From Octopus bimaculoides (taxonomy: Eukaryota): a DNA stretch of 36,041 nt. The notes beneath the pieces were generated by a model, which searched no databases, was not told the origin of the DNA, and saw nothing but the letters and a program-made list of their open reading frames with translations. This document shows positions 23,345-35,086 of the stretch, piece by piece; within the stretch, counting starts at the first letter, position 1, and the number at the start of each line of letters is the position of its first letter. The stretch covers positions 99,712,901 through 99,748,941 of the forward strand of contig NC_068987.1 in assembly GCF_001194135.2 (NCBI RefSeq), written 5' to 3'. The translations under genes and the position numbers were made by a program.

Positions 23345-23550
23345 GGCGGCGATCTCGCAGAATCTTTAACACAGAGAAACATGCTTAGTAACATTTCGTC
23401 CGTCTACACATTGTTGGTTCAAAATCCGCTGAAGCAAATTTAGCCTTTCATCCATTTTCGGATTGATAAAATAAGACTAGCTGAGCACTGGGGTCGATGT
23501 AGTCGAGTTACCAGTTGCTCGAAATGTCTGGCACACTGCCAACATTTTTC
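23345..23550 (+). mobile_element. Highly diverged family A SINE
   Basis: GGCGGCGATCTCGCAGAATC...ATTTCGTCCGTCT...GGTTCAAAATCCGC...GCCTTTCATCC...GATAAAATAAG...CACTGGGGTCGATGTAGTCGA. Confidence 0.7.
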
Positions 23551-23889
23551 ATCAGTTTTCGTTACCTGATTCTGTTTGTGGGATTTGTTTCTAAATTCAT
23601 TTGTCGGTGAAATTCTTATTAAAATTGCGCACAACCCAACAAATATAAAACGAAATTCAATATCATTTCGTGTTCAATATATATCGTCTCTGTATAGGAA
23701 CGTCTTGGCTATCCAGTTTATAGCATTGTATATATCATCTGTCCCCTCGCAATGCAGTTTGCGTGTCAGATGGAGAATTGAATGAAAGAGATATAAATGC
23801 TTAATGGACAGAATCACCTTTGAAAACTGCTGCTTCGATCTGGATATATTACATGAATGGGACGAATTGTTACTATACTAGAAAAATAA

Positions 23890-24184
23890 CTTTCGTTATA
23901 CTGGCACTCTGTCGGTTGATACAATCAATGGAAAATGCCTGCTCGCAAATTAACGTGAACACCCCATAGATACGTGTTCCTTTAACGTCTTTCACATGGT
24001 GTTTCACCGTGACACACAATATGACAAGTCTGGCCCTTTGAAATACAAGTACAACAAATTTTTCCAAGCTCAGTGGACTTCAGTAACATGAAATAAAGTG
24101 TCTTGCTCAAGGTCAACACGTCACTAAGAATTGAACTCACGACCTTCAGGTAGAGATCCGAATACCCTAACCACTATTTCACAC
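23890..24184 (-). mobile_element. tRNA-derived SINE, family B
   Basis: Minus strand: GGTGTGAAATAGTGGTTAGGG (A box), GAGTTCAATTC (B box) and TGTTGACCTTGAGCAAGACACTT (CORE-like). The 3' body matches 33690-33836 in the opposite orientation. Confidence 0.75.
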
Positions 24185-24287
24185 CATTTTTATTATTATT
24201 AATATTATTATTCAGGTCATTGCTTGGAATCGAACTCGGAATTTTGGGGTTGGTAGCCCGCATTCTTAACCACTACGCCATATATCC
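24185..24287 (-). mobile_element. tRNA-like SINE head (family C) followed by a degenerate (AAT)n
   Basis: Minus strand: GGATATATGGCGTAGTGGTTAAG (A box at 24270-24280), anticodon-like arm GCGGG-CTACCAA-CCC, GAGTTCGATTCC (B box at about 24226-24237), then AATAATAAT. It has no proper acceptor stem. Confidence 0.75.
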
Positions 24288-26229
24288 GTGGGCAATTATA
24301 GAGTGAATTGTATGGCTTATAAATCTTATATTTTTCTATCCTTCCTTAATACCGCTTCCCATATGTTGCTCATATCTGCACTTGGTCTGCTTAAGCAGTT
24401 ATTGTGTCCTAGCATATGTGCTGCTCCTTTTAGTTTTCGTAATTTCCAGTTGTGTTCTCTGTCTATTATTTTAACTTCACTCCACATGGTGAGGTTGTCT
24501 CCATTTGTCCATACAAGATTAGCTATAGCCGATTTATCAATATCTCACCGTGACACAACTTTGTGATATTCCACTACTCTTATTTTGAGGGGCGGCATAT
24601 TTTACCTTTGCATAATCTACCACAGCTGCATGAGATGGAGTACACGCAGACTTTGGTCATATTCTCTTCTATTGGTGGTTTTACATATTTAGCGATTTCT
24701 TCCGTATTCGGATTTATCAAAAAATGGTTCAAATTCTTCCTTTCTCTTAGCCACGTCTCTTTACCTCACCCTCCTTCCCCCTCGCTTGGAAAACCCCAGA
24801 TTAGTCTTCATAAAAAATCCATGAAATCTAAATTTGAACCAATTTTTTATAAATCCGATAACGGAAGAAAGCGTTGAAAACTGTAAATAAGAATTAAATA
24901 AATAAAAAATATATTTATAATCATATAACATTCTGACTACCTTATTATTCTAAGTATACACTATCTGTACATCACTTCAAACATTCGCGCTCTCTTTCTC
25001 TCTCTCTACATATATATATATATATATATATGCATGTATTTACGCATATATATAGTACGTCTACATTTCGGGATTAAGTAGATTTGGCCCCACTATTTCA
25101 CGAATACCCCCGAGTATTTCTGAATATTATTTAAGATCTTTCGCATATATCGTTACATCATTATACTTTTGGTGGGTGGTCGCTTTCAATATCCTCACAT
25201 TCCCCTGTATTTCTTTGTATCAAAGAAGAAATTTACTTATTGTATGGCATATTAACACCAGTAAAATTAGTAGCATTCGTCTTTATGCTGGCGTACTAGA
25301 CTACCTATGGAGAAGATCGAAGTTATGATGACACATGGTTTATCTCAAATTTGCTCAGCTGTAACGCGGTGATCTGAGCCTAGTTCTACATGATTGATAA
25401 AAAAACTTTCCCGACTACATCGACCTTTTTATGCTCGATATGTGTTATTCGTTACCGTGTATGAACTAATGCTATGTTGCTTGCTATAGTTTTCGGCCCA
25501 ATAGGAATTAATTTCCCTCTTCGTATATTACCCCAAAATTCTGGTACTTCTCTAATATTGTTGAAGCCAACATTCACAGGCAAAACAAAAATGAGCCAAA
25601 TAAGTTTTTGTTACTTTGGTGCGTTATATTATGGATATTCTGTAATTTAAACAACTCAGAGATGTCTACCGTCTTTACATAGAGCTATCTAAGCGCCTCG
25701 CCTTTGCTACAGCCGTAACTCCAAGCCTAGCAATGAATTTGCAGATGTTAGATAGAGGTAAGAGAAATAGGATAAAAGTTAATGAATTCTGGTAATATTT
25801 TATTGAACTGTGTAATCCATTATTTGCAAAAACTTTATTTGCATAAACATGCTAAAAATTTATATACCGAATATATTTTAATGTTTGAATCAAATGTGTC
25901 GTGTGAATACACTGAATTGCTATTTGTTTTATGCTTTTTTTACAATCTACCTTCAAATAACAAGGAATTCCAACTGTCTTTTCCTCAGGATGCGCACGCA
26001 AAATTATTTGAAATCCACAAACTACTGAACGATAACGAATAATCGATTTCTGTGCTTACTAAAAGCAGAAATTTTGGTCTACAGAAAAGGAAAATAAGTG
26101 AAGCCGAGACGTACTACGAACACAGATGACAGAAGGCAGGAATACTTAGTTTTTCAAGAGAAAAAATATCCATCACGAATTGTTAAGAGAGTTTATGAAT
26201 CTCGAAGAAAAGATTGTGATCGGCTATAT

Positions 26230-26760
26230 CAAAGAAAGGTTGCCTCGTAAAAGGTATACAGTACATAACTAAGAAAATCAGCGAAAAGGGTAAACCAAGG
26301 AATTTTTTTAACGTCATAGAGGATTATTTCATGAAGTATAGTTAATTTGATTGAGATTGGCTACAGGAAATTTTCTGGGATGATTAGACAAAATTCAATA
26401 TTTATACGGATGTCTCATAACATCTGATTAACAGAACTGTCGAGATAATCAACCCTGGATGTACCATGTGAAGCATGAAGGAATTTGAAGCATGAAGTCA
26501 CATGCATTTTCACCGGACTTTCGGAGTGTGAACTGTCAGCCACTTCACTGAAATACCGATAATTGTAAGAGACAGATAGCTACACTCACAAGAATATGTT
26601 TTTTCCTGAAAAAAAAAATTATTATGTTTTCTTTTTACAGCTTAGTGTTACCTCTACCCGCATTGCAAAAGCAAGAAAAAAGTTCCAAAAAACTCCATGA
26701 AAATTAGATTTAGTCTTGGGGACACTCAAGTATTCGGTACGAATTTTTTCGGAGAAAATT
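26230..26760 (+). mobile_element. Decayed Tc1-family DDE transposase
   Basis: MKYS*FD*DWLQEIFWDD*TKFNIY from about 26335 (compare AKKYxxWxxxDWxxVxxSDETKFNLF), NPGCT, VKHEGI*SMKSHAFS at 26468 (compare VKHGGGSxMVWGCFS), PLH, and FFLQ...IAKARK...EN*I*SW (compare FQQDN...HTAK...WP), in the correct order. No TIRs were identified. Confidence 0.55.
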
Positions 26761-28393
26761 TTCAGACACTGTTCAAACTACGGAAATTTCATATCTTGAA
26801 CGAAACATTAATTGCATATCTTCGTCCAAGACTTGGTAACATAAAAAAAGAAGATCAGGAACATGCTCTCCATATTGATTTGCAGATTTCTTTTGCATAG
26901 ATTTCTACAACATAATTAATTTGACGTACTTAATAGTTGCTTCATGGTAGGTGATCGACAAGATTGCAGTCATCATATTCAGTTTTATTTCATTTATTTA
27001 TTTCAATTAATTTGTCCAAATTGTGTTCCTGTTTTTTATAACGACACGGTTCCAGCGGGGTTTTTTTTTCATACACAATAATTGTGTTTTTTTTTCTTTT
27101 AAGCCTCGATCAATGATTGATAAATCATATCTGGTAAGATATTTCACTCACTTCTTTTCAACTGTATTTTATTTTCTGATGTCTTTGGAGATGCACTCTT
27201 TCTAAAAGTACCTTTGTACAAGGTTCATCATTTTAAAGTGGCTGTTACATAGATATGACGCTCATTACTTGTTAATCAATGCCCGCGTATAAACGTTATC
27301 ATAAACATCTTTAGTAAAGGAAAATGATCAAGTGTGATATTATTTGCGATTATTATTTGTTCAAATATTTCATATCAGCATAAATTATTAACGTTGTGCG
27401 TGTTTATGAATTTATGAATAAATTCCAGCAGTCATTAAAAAAATAGACATTTTGTTTCTTTACAAATTCTTTGAATTTTTGTTACTACCTTTAGAACCTA
27501 TCTATCCCACAATCTGAATATTTTATCGTTTTTGTTTCCTTTTTTCTTACGTTACGCCAGATTAATTTTGAATACTGATGTTTTTGTGTTTTATAGCTAA
27601 ATCTACACAAGTTTAGGTTTTGGCCGTTATTAGCACAGGGAATTAATAAATTACTTGCACTAAATGAAATAGTGATGTATGTCATGAATTTCGGAGAGTA
27701 TCGCGCATCCAAGTAACAAATTATCATTTGCCTAAATGTATCGGGTTTCTATTGTAATACTTGAAATAATTTCTCCCTGTATGGATTAAATGTTTAGAGA
27801 TCACTTAATTTCTTTAAGGACGTTCTCGAAAATATTAAATAAAGTGACAATTGTTGTATCAAAATTATGTTATTTGAGATCGATTTCAGTATATGGCGGG
27901 TCACCTGGACATTTGTTGCTGGGATATTTTATGAATAATATTTTCAATATTGTATACAAATAATAGCATGCTCGTGGAAGTTTTGGAGAAGATAGGCTTC
28001 GAAGATTTTAAGCCAACCTAAACAATAAAACCCCGTTATATATTGTTTACTGAATAACCACCTAGATGCTTCAAATGACCAAATATTTTTTATAGTATGT
28101 GAAGGCACAGGGTCCAACAGTATCTAAGGCGAAACCCTACAAACGTACAGAAGCATAGATGGTCGGTACCATAAACTGGAGTATTATAAGGATTTAATGG
28201 CACTTATTTGCAGTTCATATCAAACATAATGCTAATGATGTGTGCATTGTAGCTAAATTGCTTCTCCATATCTCCATCTAGACTCTGATATTATTTGACG
28301 GTGAAAGAATCTCTCTCTCAAGGGGAGATGATATGGCTGTTTATGTATGCCTTCTTTCCAAAGTATATGAACTCCATGTTTCCTCTTTTATCA

Positions 28394-28497
28394 ACACACA
28401 CACACACGCACACACACACACACACACACAAACACACACACGCGCACACACATACACACACACACATACACAAACACACACACACACGCACACACAT
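28394..28497. repeat. Imperfect (CA)n microsatellite
   Basis: Read directly from the sequence. Confidence 0.95.
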
Positions 28498-28599
28498 ATC
28501 TGGTTGGCGAATTACTGTGCAGAGGTCAGATATGAGTTGTACTGGGACGTATTATTTTCTAAGTGACATTTTCAAGCTAAGAGCCTCTTTATCACGATA

Positions 28600-28638
28600 T
28601 GTTTTATTTGAGTATGTTTTATTTGAGTATGTTTTATT
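28600..28638. repeat. Short tandem repeat of TATGTTTTATTTGAG (15-bp unit, about 2.7 copies)
   Basis: TATGTTTTATTTGAG TATGTTTTATTTGAG TATGTTTTATT. Confidence 0.85.
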
Positions 28639-28689
28639 ACACGTGTAGTGCTAGTTCTGCACGTAATAAATAGAAATACGGCTAAAGAC

Positions 28690-30260
28690 ACGCCTATTGC
28701 CTATTAACTGGTTGATGGAACTACATCGATCGTACGTTGGATCCGTTTTTCAGAAAGTACTTATCTACGGCAGTAGCTTCCCAGCTGTCCAATGTTGGAC
28801 GGTGATTTTTTCCAGTAGAATATTGTTGGAATTTACGATACATATTTCAAAGCATCAACATTCATGTCTGCAGTCTTTCAGGACAATGGTTGGGAGACTG
28901 TCACGACAAATTGCTGGATTCAATGGAATTTTATTAAATGTCTAATTTTATCAATGGTCCGGTTTACACATGAAATCCTTCAGACAGTTATATAAACAGT
29001 GATAGATGGTTACTTAAGACTGCGTACAAAGCAATTCATTGACTGGAACACGAAGTCGGAGACGGAAAGTTGTTCTTAGTTTTAGACCTGTATCTATGGA
29101 TGCTTCTTATGTGAGGTTAAGTTTAAAATTGAGATTATGTTTAGGCAAATCAAAAAAAAGGAAGGTTGAAGAGGGCCACTATCAATAGGTTGTCTTGTTG
29201 GATGAATAGTTACTTTTTACAGGATCATTAGGAGGTTGTGTATTAAATTTTATATTTCTTCTGCAGTTCGCCTCTGTATGCAAGTTTTGTTTTGCATTGT
29301 TGATGATTCACAATAGCTGTTGGATTATACATAATTCGTATCTGTTTTTGAGAAATCTTGAAAGAAAATAGAAACGAACACTCTTCCATTTCTTTGACCT
29401 GGATTGTCTTCGAAACTGTCAGTATTTAAATGAAAGTTTCAGAGGTGCGACTTGATTCGGAGGAAGTAAGAAACTGGAACTGGTTTTTCGAAAGCCCAAC
29501 ATTGCTGTATGTATTTTTCGATATTGTGCGTTGATACGTAACAAGGTGTCTTCAGTATTTGCGAAATTTCCGTTACTAATATAGCTGTCTAATTGCGTCA
29601 CCAAACGCCCCTAAATGATACTCACTATTGTTTATTTGCAACACTTGAGTGGCAGTCTAGACTGATGATGCATTGTAGTAAGAATTAATTTCTGGAATTT
29701 TGTTGCCAGGCTCAGTTTGATTAAAATGAGTTCATTTAGGGAACGGCTGGCGTTTGACGTTCATATAGGACTGGTTGCCAGACACGGTTACGATTCCCTC
29801 AATTTGATGGACTTGTACTATTAGAATGGACAGGTTTGTGAAGTTGAATATAGTGGGGAGAAGAAATGCATCTGTCTCTTCCGAGAGTACTATGGTATTG
29901 GTTAATGATGGTGTCTTTAAGAAAATTTACAAGAACTCTATTTCCTGAAAGATGGGTGAATTAAGATTCAACGTTGGATTGACATTTCTTTTTAAGGCGA
30001 CAGAGCGCGATTCGCGTGAGATGTATTCAAAAGAAGGTCGTATTACCATGCACAAGCCCCCTGTGGAATTCGGTGTAAATCTATAATTATAAGAAGATCA
30101 GAATATGTTTAATCTACTGAAATGAGTTACAATCTTACTCCTTGAAAGTAATGCTTTTCTAAGTACACATCGTTCATTGCCTAATCCAATGAGGAAGTTC
30201 TTGTAGCCCCACAGAGGACAACAGGAATTCATTCTGCTAAATTAGCGTCAGTAGTTATAA
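28690..30260 (-). mobile_element. Decayed APE/RT LINE fragment
   Basis: Minus strand: VGLQELPHW (compare LQETW), STGGLCMVIRPSF (compare GGLAILVR), TVSGNQSYM (compare TxxSxID), then TLDSWEATAVDKYFLKNG (compare PDSWKxAxVxPIxKxG) and DPT...SINQL...RVFSRI (compare NYRxISLL...KIFxRI). Confidence 0.5.
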
Positions 30261-30654
30261 TCTGAAAGTAATTTGCAGTATCTACACTATTAATCTTTAC
30301 TTGTATTAATGACACGAATATATATCTTATCGATGTGACAAAATAAATGTCCTAACAATTGTGGGAATACCTTTGAATTAATCTGATACTGATATCAACA
30401 TTAGCCTTCTCAATTTGAATAAATATACTTAAACAACAACATATATTTCAGCGACTTTGAATTTCAAGACTCATGCAGCGTTTGTATGTGTCTGAATCGC
30501 AACGAGCTAGCTTTTGATTCCTGGGATAAATGACAAATGTAAGAGGAAAAATTATATCTAGAAGAAGACACTTAAATAAACATTAAATAAACATTCATTA
30601 CTTCATGATACATTGCGAATTGCTACATTTGGGAGGGAGCAAATAATGATAAAA

Positions 30655-30656
30655 GA

Positions 30657-30712
<56 letters not shown>

Positions 30713-31650
30713 TAAGAAGAAGAAGAAGAAGAANNNNNNNNNNNNNNNNNNNNNNNNNNNNNNNNNNNNNNNNNNNNNNNNNNNNNNNNNNNNNNNNNNN
30801 NNNNNNNNNNNNNNNNNNNNNNNNNNNNNNNNNNNNNNNNNNNNNNNNNNNNNNNNNNNNNNNNNNNNNNNNNNNNNNNNNNNNNNNNNNNNNNNNNNNN
30901 NNNNNNNNNNNNNNNNNNNNNNNNNNNNNNNNNNNNNNNNNNNNNNNNNNNNNNNNNNNNNNNNNNNNNNNNNNNNNNNNNNNNNNNNNNNNNNNNNNNN
31001 NNNNNNNNNNNNNNNNNNNNNNNNNNNNNNNNNNNNNNNNNNNNNNNNNNNNNNNNNNNNNNNNNNNNNNNNNNNNNNNNNNNNNNNNNNNNNNNNNNNN
31101 NNNNNNNNNNNNNNNNNNNNNNNNNNNNNNNNNNNNNNNNNNNNNNNNNNNNNNNNNNNNNNNNNNNNNNNNNNNNNNNNNNNNNNNNNNNNNNNNNNNN
31201 NNNNNNNNNNNNNNNNNNNNNNNNNNNNNNNNNNNNNNNNNNNNNNNNNNNNNNNNNNNNNNNNNNNNNNNNNNNNNNNNNNNNNNNNNNNNNNNNNNNN
31301 NNNNNNNNNNNNNNNNNNNNNNNNNNNNNNNNNNNNNNNNNNNNNNNNNNNNNNNNNNNNNNNNNNNNNNNNNNNNNNNNNNNNNNNNNNNNNNNNNNNN
31401 NNNNNNNNNNNNNNNNNNNNNNNNNNNNNNNNNNNNNNNNNNNNNNNNNNNNNNNNNNNNNNNNNNNNNNNNNNNNNNNNNNNNNNNNNNNNNNNNNNNN
31501 NNNNNNNNNNNNNNNNNNNNNNNNNNNNNNNNNNNNNNNNNNNNNNNNNNNNNNNNNNNNNNNNNNNNNNNNNNNNNNNNNNNNTGTGTGTGTGTGTGTG
31601 TGTGTGTGTGTCTGTGTGTCCGTGTGTGTGTATGTGTGTGTGTGTGTAAA
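30655..31650. repeat. (AAT)n-(AAG)n, 850-N gap (30734-31583), then (TG)n
   Basis: Read directly from the sequence; it explains four spurious long ORFs. Confidence 0.95.
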
Positions 31651-31929
31651 TACAATGTAATTCAAACATTGGCCCCTATAATAGTTTCAATGAAGCCACT
31701 GACCACGGACACCACGATCACGTTTCGATACACTGGAACATTTTTATTTTGAAAACAGGTCAAGTCGGTGTAAATGCATTGGTGGTTAGCTATTGATACG
31801 ACAAACATATTTAACTGTTCTATCCAGGATATTGAATGTTTTATGAGAAAATATTTGAACTACGTAAGAATTATTTCTATCTTATAACATTTAAATTAAA
31901 GCGTAACACCATTGTAATAAAGTCAAGTT

Positions 31930-33005
31930 GCACTTCTTCCCTAACCTAACCTCCGAACGCAGCTCGTTACCCTGCTCCACACGCTGCCGAACTTGCTCTT
32001 ACTTCTCCAACATCATCCACCTCACAGGCACCCATCATCGACCCTATGATATCACTGACTCCTTCACCTGCGCTTCTAGCAACGTCATCTACTGCATCTC
32101 ATGCTCACTGTCTCCTTCTCTATACATCGGTCAAACGGGACACCACTTGGCTAACCGGTTCGCGAAACACGTGCAAGACATCAGACTCGGCAACTACACC
32201 CCGGTCTGGCGTCATTTCCGCTCTACCGGTCACTCTTTACTGCATCTGTCTGTGTTCAGATTATCATTGCACAGGGGTATCCAGACACCCGTCTGCGCCG
32301 TGAGCAGGGATTAATCTTCACTCTTCGCTCCCTTGCGTCACATGAGCTCAACTCTCCCCCCCCCTTTATATTTACCCCTCCTCCTCTCTCCTCTCTTCAT
32401 CTCACACCTACCTCATCCCATCCACCTCTCCTCTCTTGCTCTGGCACCTACTTCCTCTCTTCACTCCTACGCACATAAAACCCCACCATAAAACCACCCC
32501 ACCGCAGCCCATCCATTACAGTTCACCCTTGCTTCACACACTCTCGCCCCCCCGCACACCAGTACCACCACACCAACACACTACACACGACCACACTACA
32601 CACGACCACACCACACCACACCTGATCTCACCACCTCGAACACACTACAACTGACCACTTCCCAGCACCTCACCATCATCCACTCACCTACTCATGTACA
32701 CACGCACACATCAATGTCACCAGCCCCCTTCCACATGCAAATACACACTCCCACATACACACGCACGTGCACCTTCGTTTTGGGATCACCACCATTTTAT
32801 TATGTCCCCTTTTATCTCCTATGTGAGCTCGCTGTCCGGTATTCGCCATGATACATCGCTAGCCACTAACACGTTTCCATTTTCTCTTTCTGTTTATTTC
32901 TGTGTTCCTTTCTGTCGAAGAGCGCAGGCTCGAAACATAAAAGACTTTCTCACTTCTTGAGCATTAAACTAAACATTTCTTCGTTGTTTACACACCTTTC
33001 TTTTT
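31930..33005 (+). mobile_element. 5'-truncated Penelope-like element (Neptune-type): GIY-YIG endonuclease plus 3' UTR or pseudo-LTR
   Basis: PCSTRCRTC...FTCASSNVIYCISC...LYIGQTGHHLANRFAKHVQDIR...PVWRHF...GHS, and after a frameshift near 32285, RREQGLIFTLRSLASHELN. This is a CCHH-associated VIY-YIG endonuclease. A C/A-rich UTR and a hammerhead-like motif follow. Confidence 0.9.
32908..32943 (+). ncRNA. Minimal type-I hammerhead-like motif with atypical core
   Basis: CTTT-CTGTCGA-A-GAGC-GCAG-GCTC-GAAAC-ATA-AAAG: stem I CTTT/AAAG, perfect 4-bp stem II, GAAA. The core has T at the canonical A6 position, and CATA replaces the expected CGTA. Confidence 0.5.
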
Positions 33006-33094
33006 AAATCAATAGCCATCTTAGGAAGCCCAGAGTTACGTAATAATCATAATAGAAATAATTTGTAGAGGAAATGTGTAAAAAATCATGTGCA

Positions 33095-33570
33095 TGTAAT
33101 TGTTAACCATTCCCATGCAGATATTACTAGAAATTCGGTTCACCTCATCAAGAGACGTTTGACAATGCGAGTCATATACTGGTGTTAAGATAAAAAGAAC
33201 CTATTTAGTGACGAGGTAACATAATAGCCGAGACTATATGGTAATTCCTTGCACCGTAAATTGCAAAGCCAATGGTCTACATGGTATAGCGTACCCCTAC
33301 AAACTATGAACTAGGACAGGATACGGTACTGGGAACCAGCTGGGACACATGTATATAACACTAGCCGAGTACAGAGTTTAGATGCTCCATATGATAACGA
33401 GCTTAGGTGACCCCGATAGCAATCACTAAAAATAACTAAGCCCAAACCGTATATCCTAGCCGGGTGAAAAAGTGTGGTTATAACCCGATATTTATATACG
33501 GCGTTTTAGCATAAATAAAATTCATCTGATATAGTGGGGAGACCCGACTATTACAGGTTTTTCTACTACC
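33095..33570 (+). mobile_element. Decayed Ty3/Gypsy integrase (core second half plus GPY/F region)
   Basis: IPMQILLEIRFTSSRDV*QCESYTGVKIKRT from 33109 (compare GIPxQxxSDQGxQFTSxxFxxLCxxLGIKKxRT), KANGL, SWDTCI...FRCSI...VTP, and PGEKVWL...KIHLI*WGDPTI at 33460-33555 (compare PGDxVWL...KLxxxWxGPYxI). Confidence 0.5.
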
Positions 33571-33689
33571 GGTGGAAATATGCGCAATCTCTTCCTTATT
33601 CTGATTCATCCGATTAGGTACCCCCGAGGGAGGACAGGAGTGGATATCATACCAAGTATGGACATGGAGAGTGCATCAAATTATGCTCT

Positions 33690-33836
33690 ATGTCACGCTT
33701 AATTTCACTGGTATACGTTAAGGGTACACGTGTCTCTGGAGGGCACAGCCACTTGCATTTTAATTTAATGAGCTGGCTGTTCCGTTGATCGCATCAACCG
33801 GAACACTCATCGTCGTAATCGACGATGTGCCAGTAG
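33690..33836 (+). mobile_element. 3' body fragment of family B SINE
   Basis: The reverse complement TACTGGCAC...ATCAACGGAACAGCC...GACACGTGTACCCTTAACGT...GCGTGACA aligns with 23899-24015. Confidence 0.7.
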
Positions 33837-34485
33837 TAAAATCCTTATAATTTCTCTTAATGATACATGAATCTCATTACTTTCTTATTCAAATACGCAA
33901 ATACTATATTTGCTTCCCTATGTCTCATATCTTTTTCCTCGCCATATTTTCTTCCTCCACTATACCGAACCATACTTCACAATCTCAATGCATATCTCTG
34001 TCTGCCTTGTTGTCTGGTAACTTGATATTCGTAAACGACTTATTGACTGCGTAGTAATAACGTGACTGACAATGAAGTTTGGTTTTTCTAGGCTGATATT
34101 AAATTCATCATTCTCCTTTCTCTCTTTTTTTCTTTTTGCTTCTTCTATTCTATCCACTTCTGCTCCTTCCGCCTTACCTTAATCTTCATTTCGTTGTAAT
34201 TCCTCTCTCCCTTTAAGGGTTTATTTTAACTAATATTACCATACAATCTGCATTTGCCAATTTCTCTTCATGGAGGGAGCGAGAATTATGATTATATCTT
34301 CATGCAGCTTGTGTTACCAGTTACACAAAGTTGGAATTTTACACTTTTTGCCTGCAGATTAATATCATTACGATGATGACGTAATTATGCGTTACCTGAA
34401 ACAACTGTCAGTTAAAAAATTACATATTTCAAATTTAATTCTGTACATTCTTATGCATGTAAATGTATTGTTATCCAGCCTAAAT

Positions 34486-34680
<195 letters not shown>

Positions 34681-35015
34681 ACTCACTTACTCACTTAATA
34701 TATAGTATTGATAATTATAAGGAGAACCAGTGCCTACTAATTCATCATTTACGTGCGTAACACATAAGGACCATTATGATTAGCCGGCATGCCAAAAGCA
34801 CTTGAGAGGAAACACGATAGTTGCAAGGATAGCATATCCCTTTAAACTCATTAAACAATGTGTGTGTGTGTGAGTCTGTGTATAAGTATGTGCATGTGTG
34901 TGTGTGTGTGTGGGGGGGCTCTGTGCTTGTGCTTGCTATCAATCCTGTGTTACCCAATACTTTGTTTCTACACGTCTGTATTGGTCCTTGTGAAGAGAAT
35001 GGTGACAGTATTACA

Positions 35016-35086
35016 NNNNNNNNNNNNNNNNNNNNNNNNNNNNNNNNNNNNNNNNNNNNNNNNNNNNNNNNNNNNNNNNNNNNNNN
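35016..35086. other. Assembly gap (71 N)
   Basis: N-run. Confidence 1.

Noticed and set aside
24213-24287. Possible tRNA gene
   Set aside because: A and B boxes are present, but the acceptor stem does not pair and the sequence runs into (AAT)n, so it is treated as a SINE head.
31939-31952. CCCTAACCTAACCT telomere-like sequence at the 5' junction of the Penelope-like element
   Set aside because: It has only one perfect CCCTAA and is in frame with the endonuclease coding sequence (FPNLTS).
33087-33104. HVHVIV resembling a HUH Rep motif
   Set aside because: No other Rep or helicase motifs are present, and another frame of the same region fits Gypsy integrase better.
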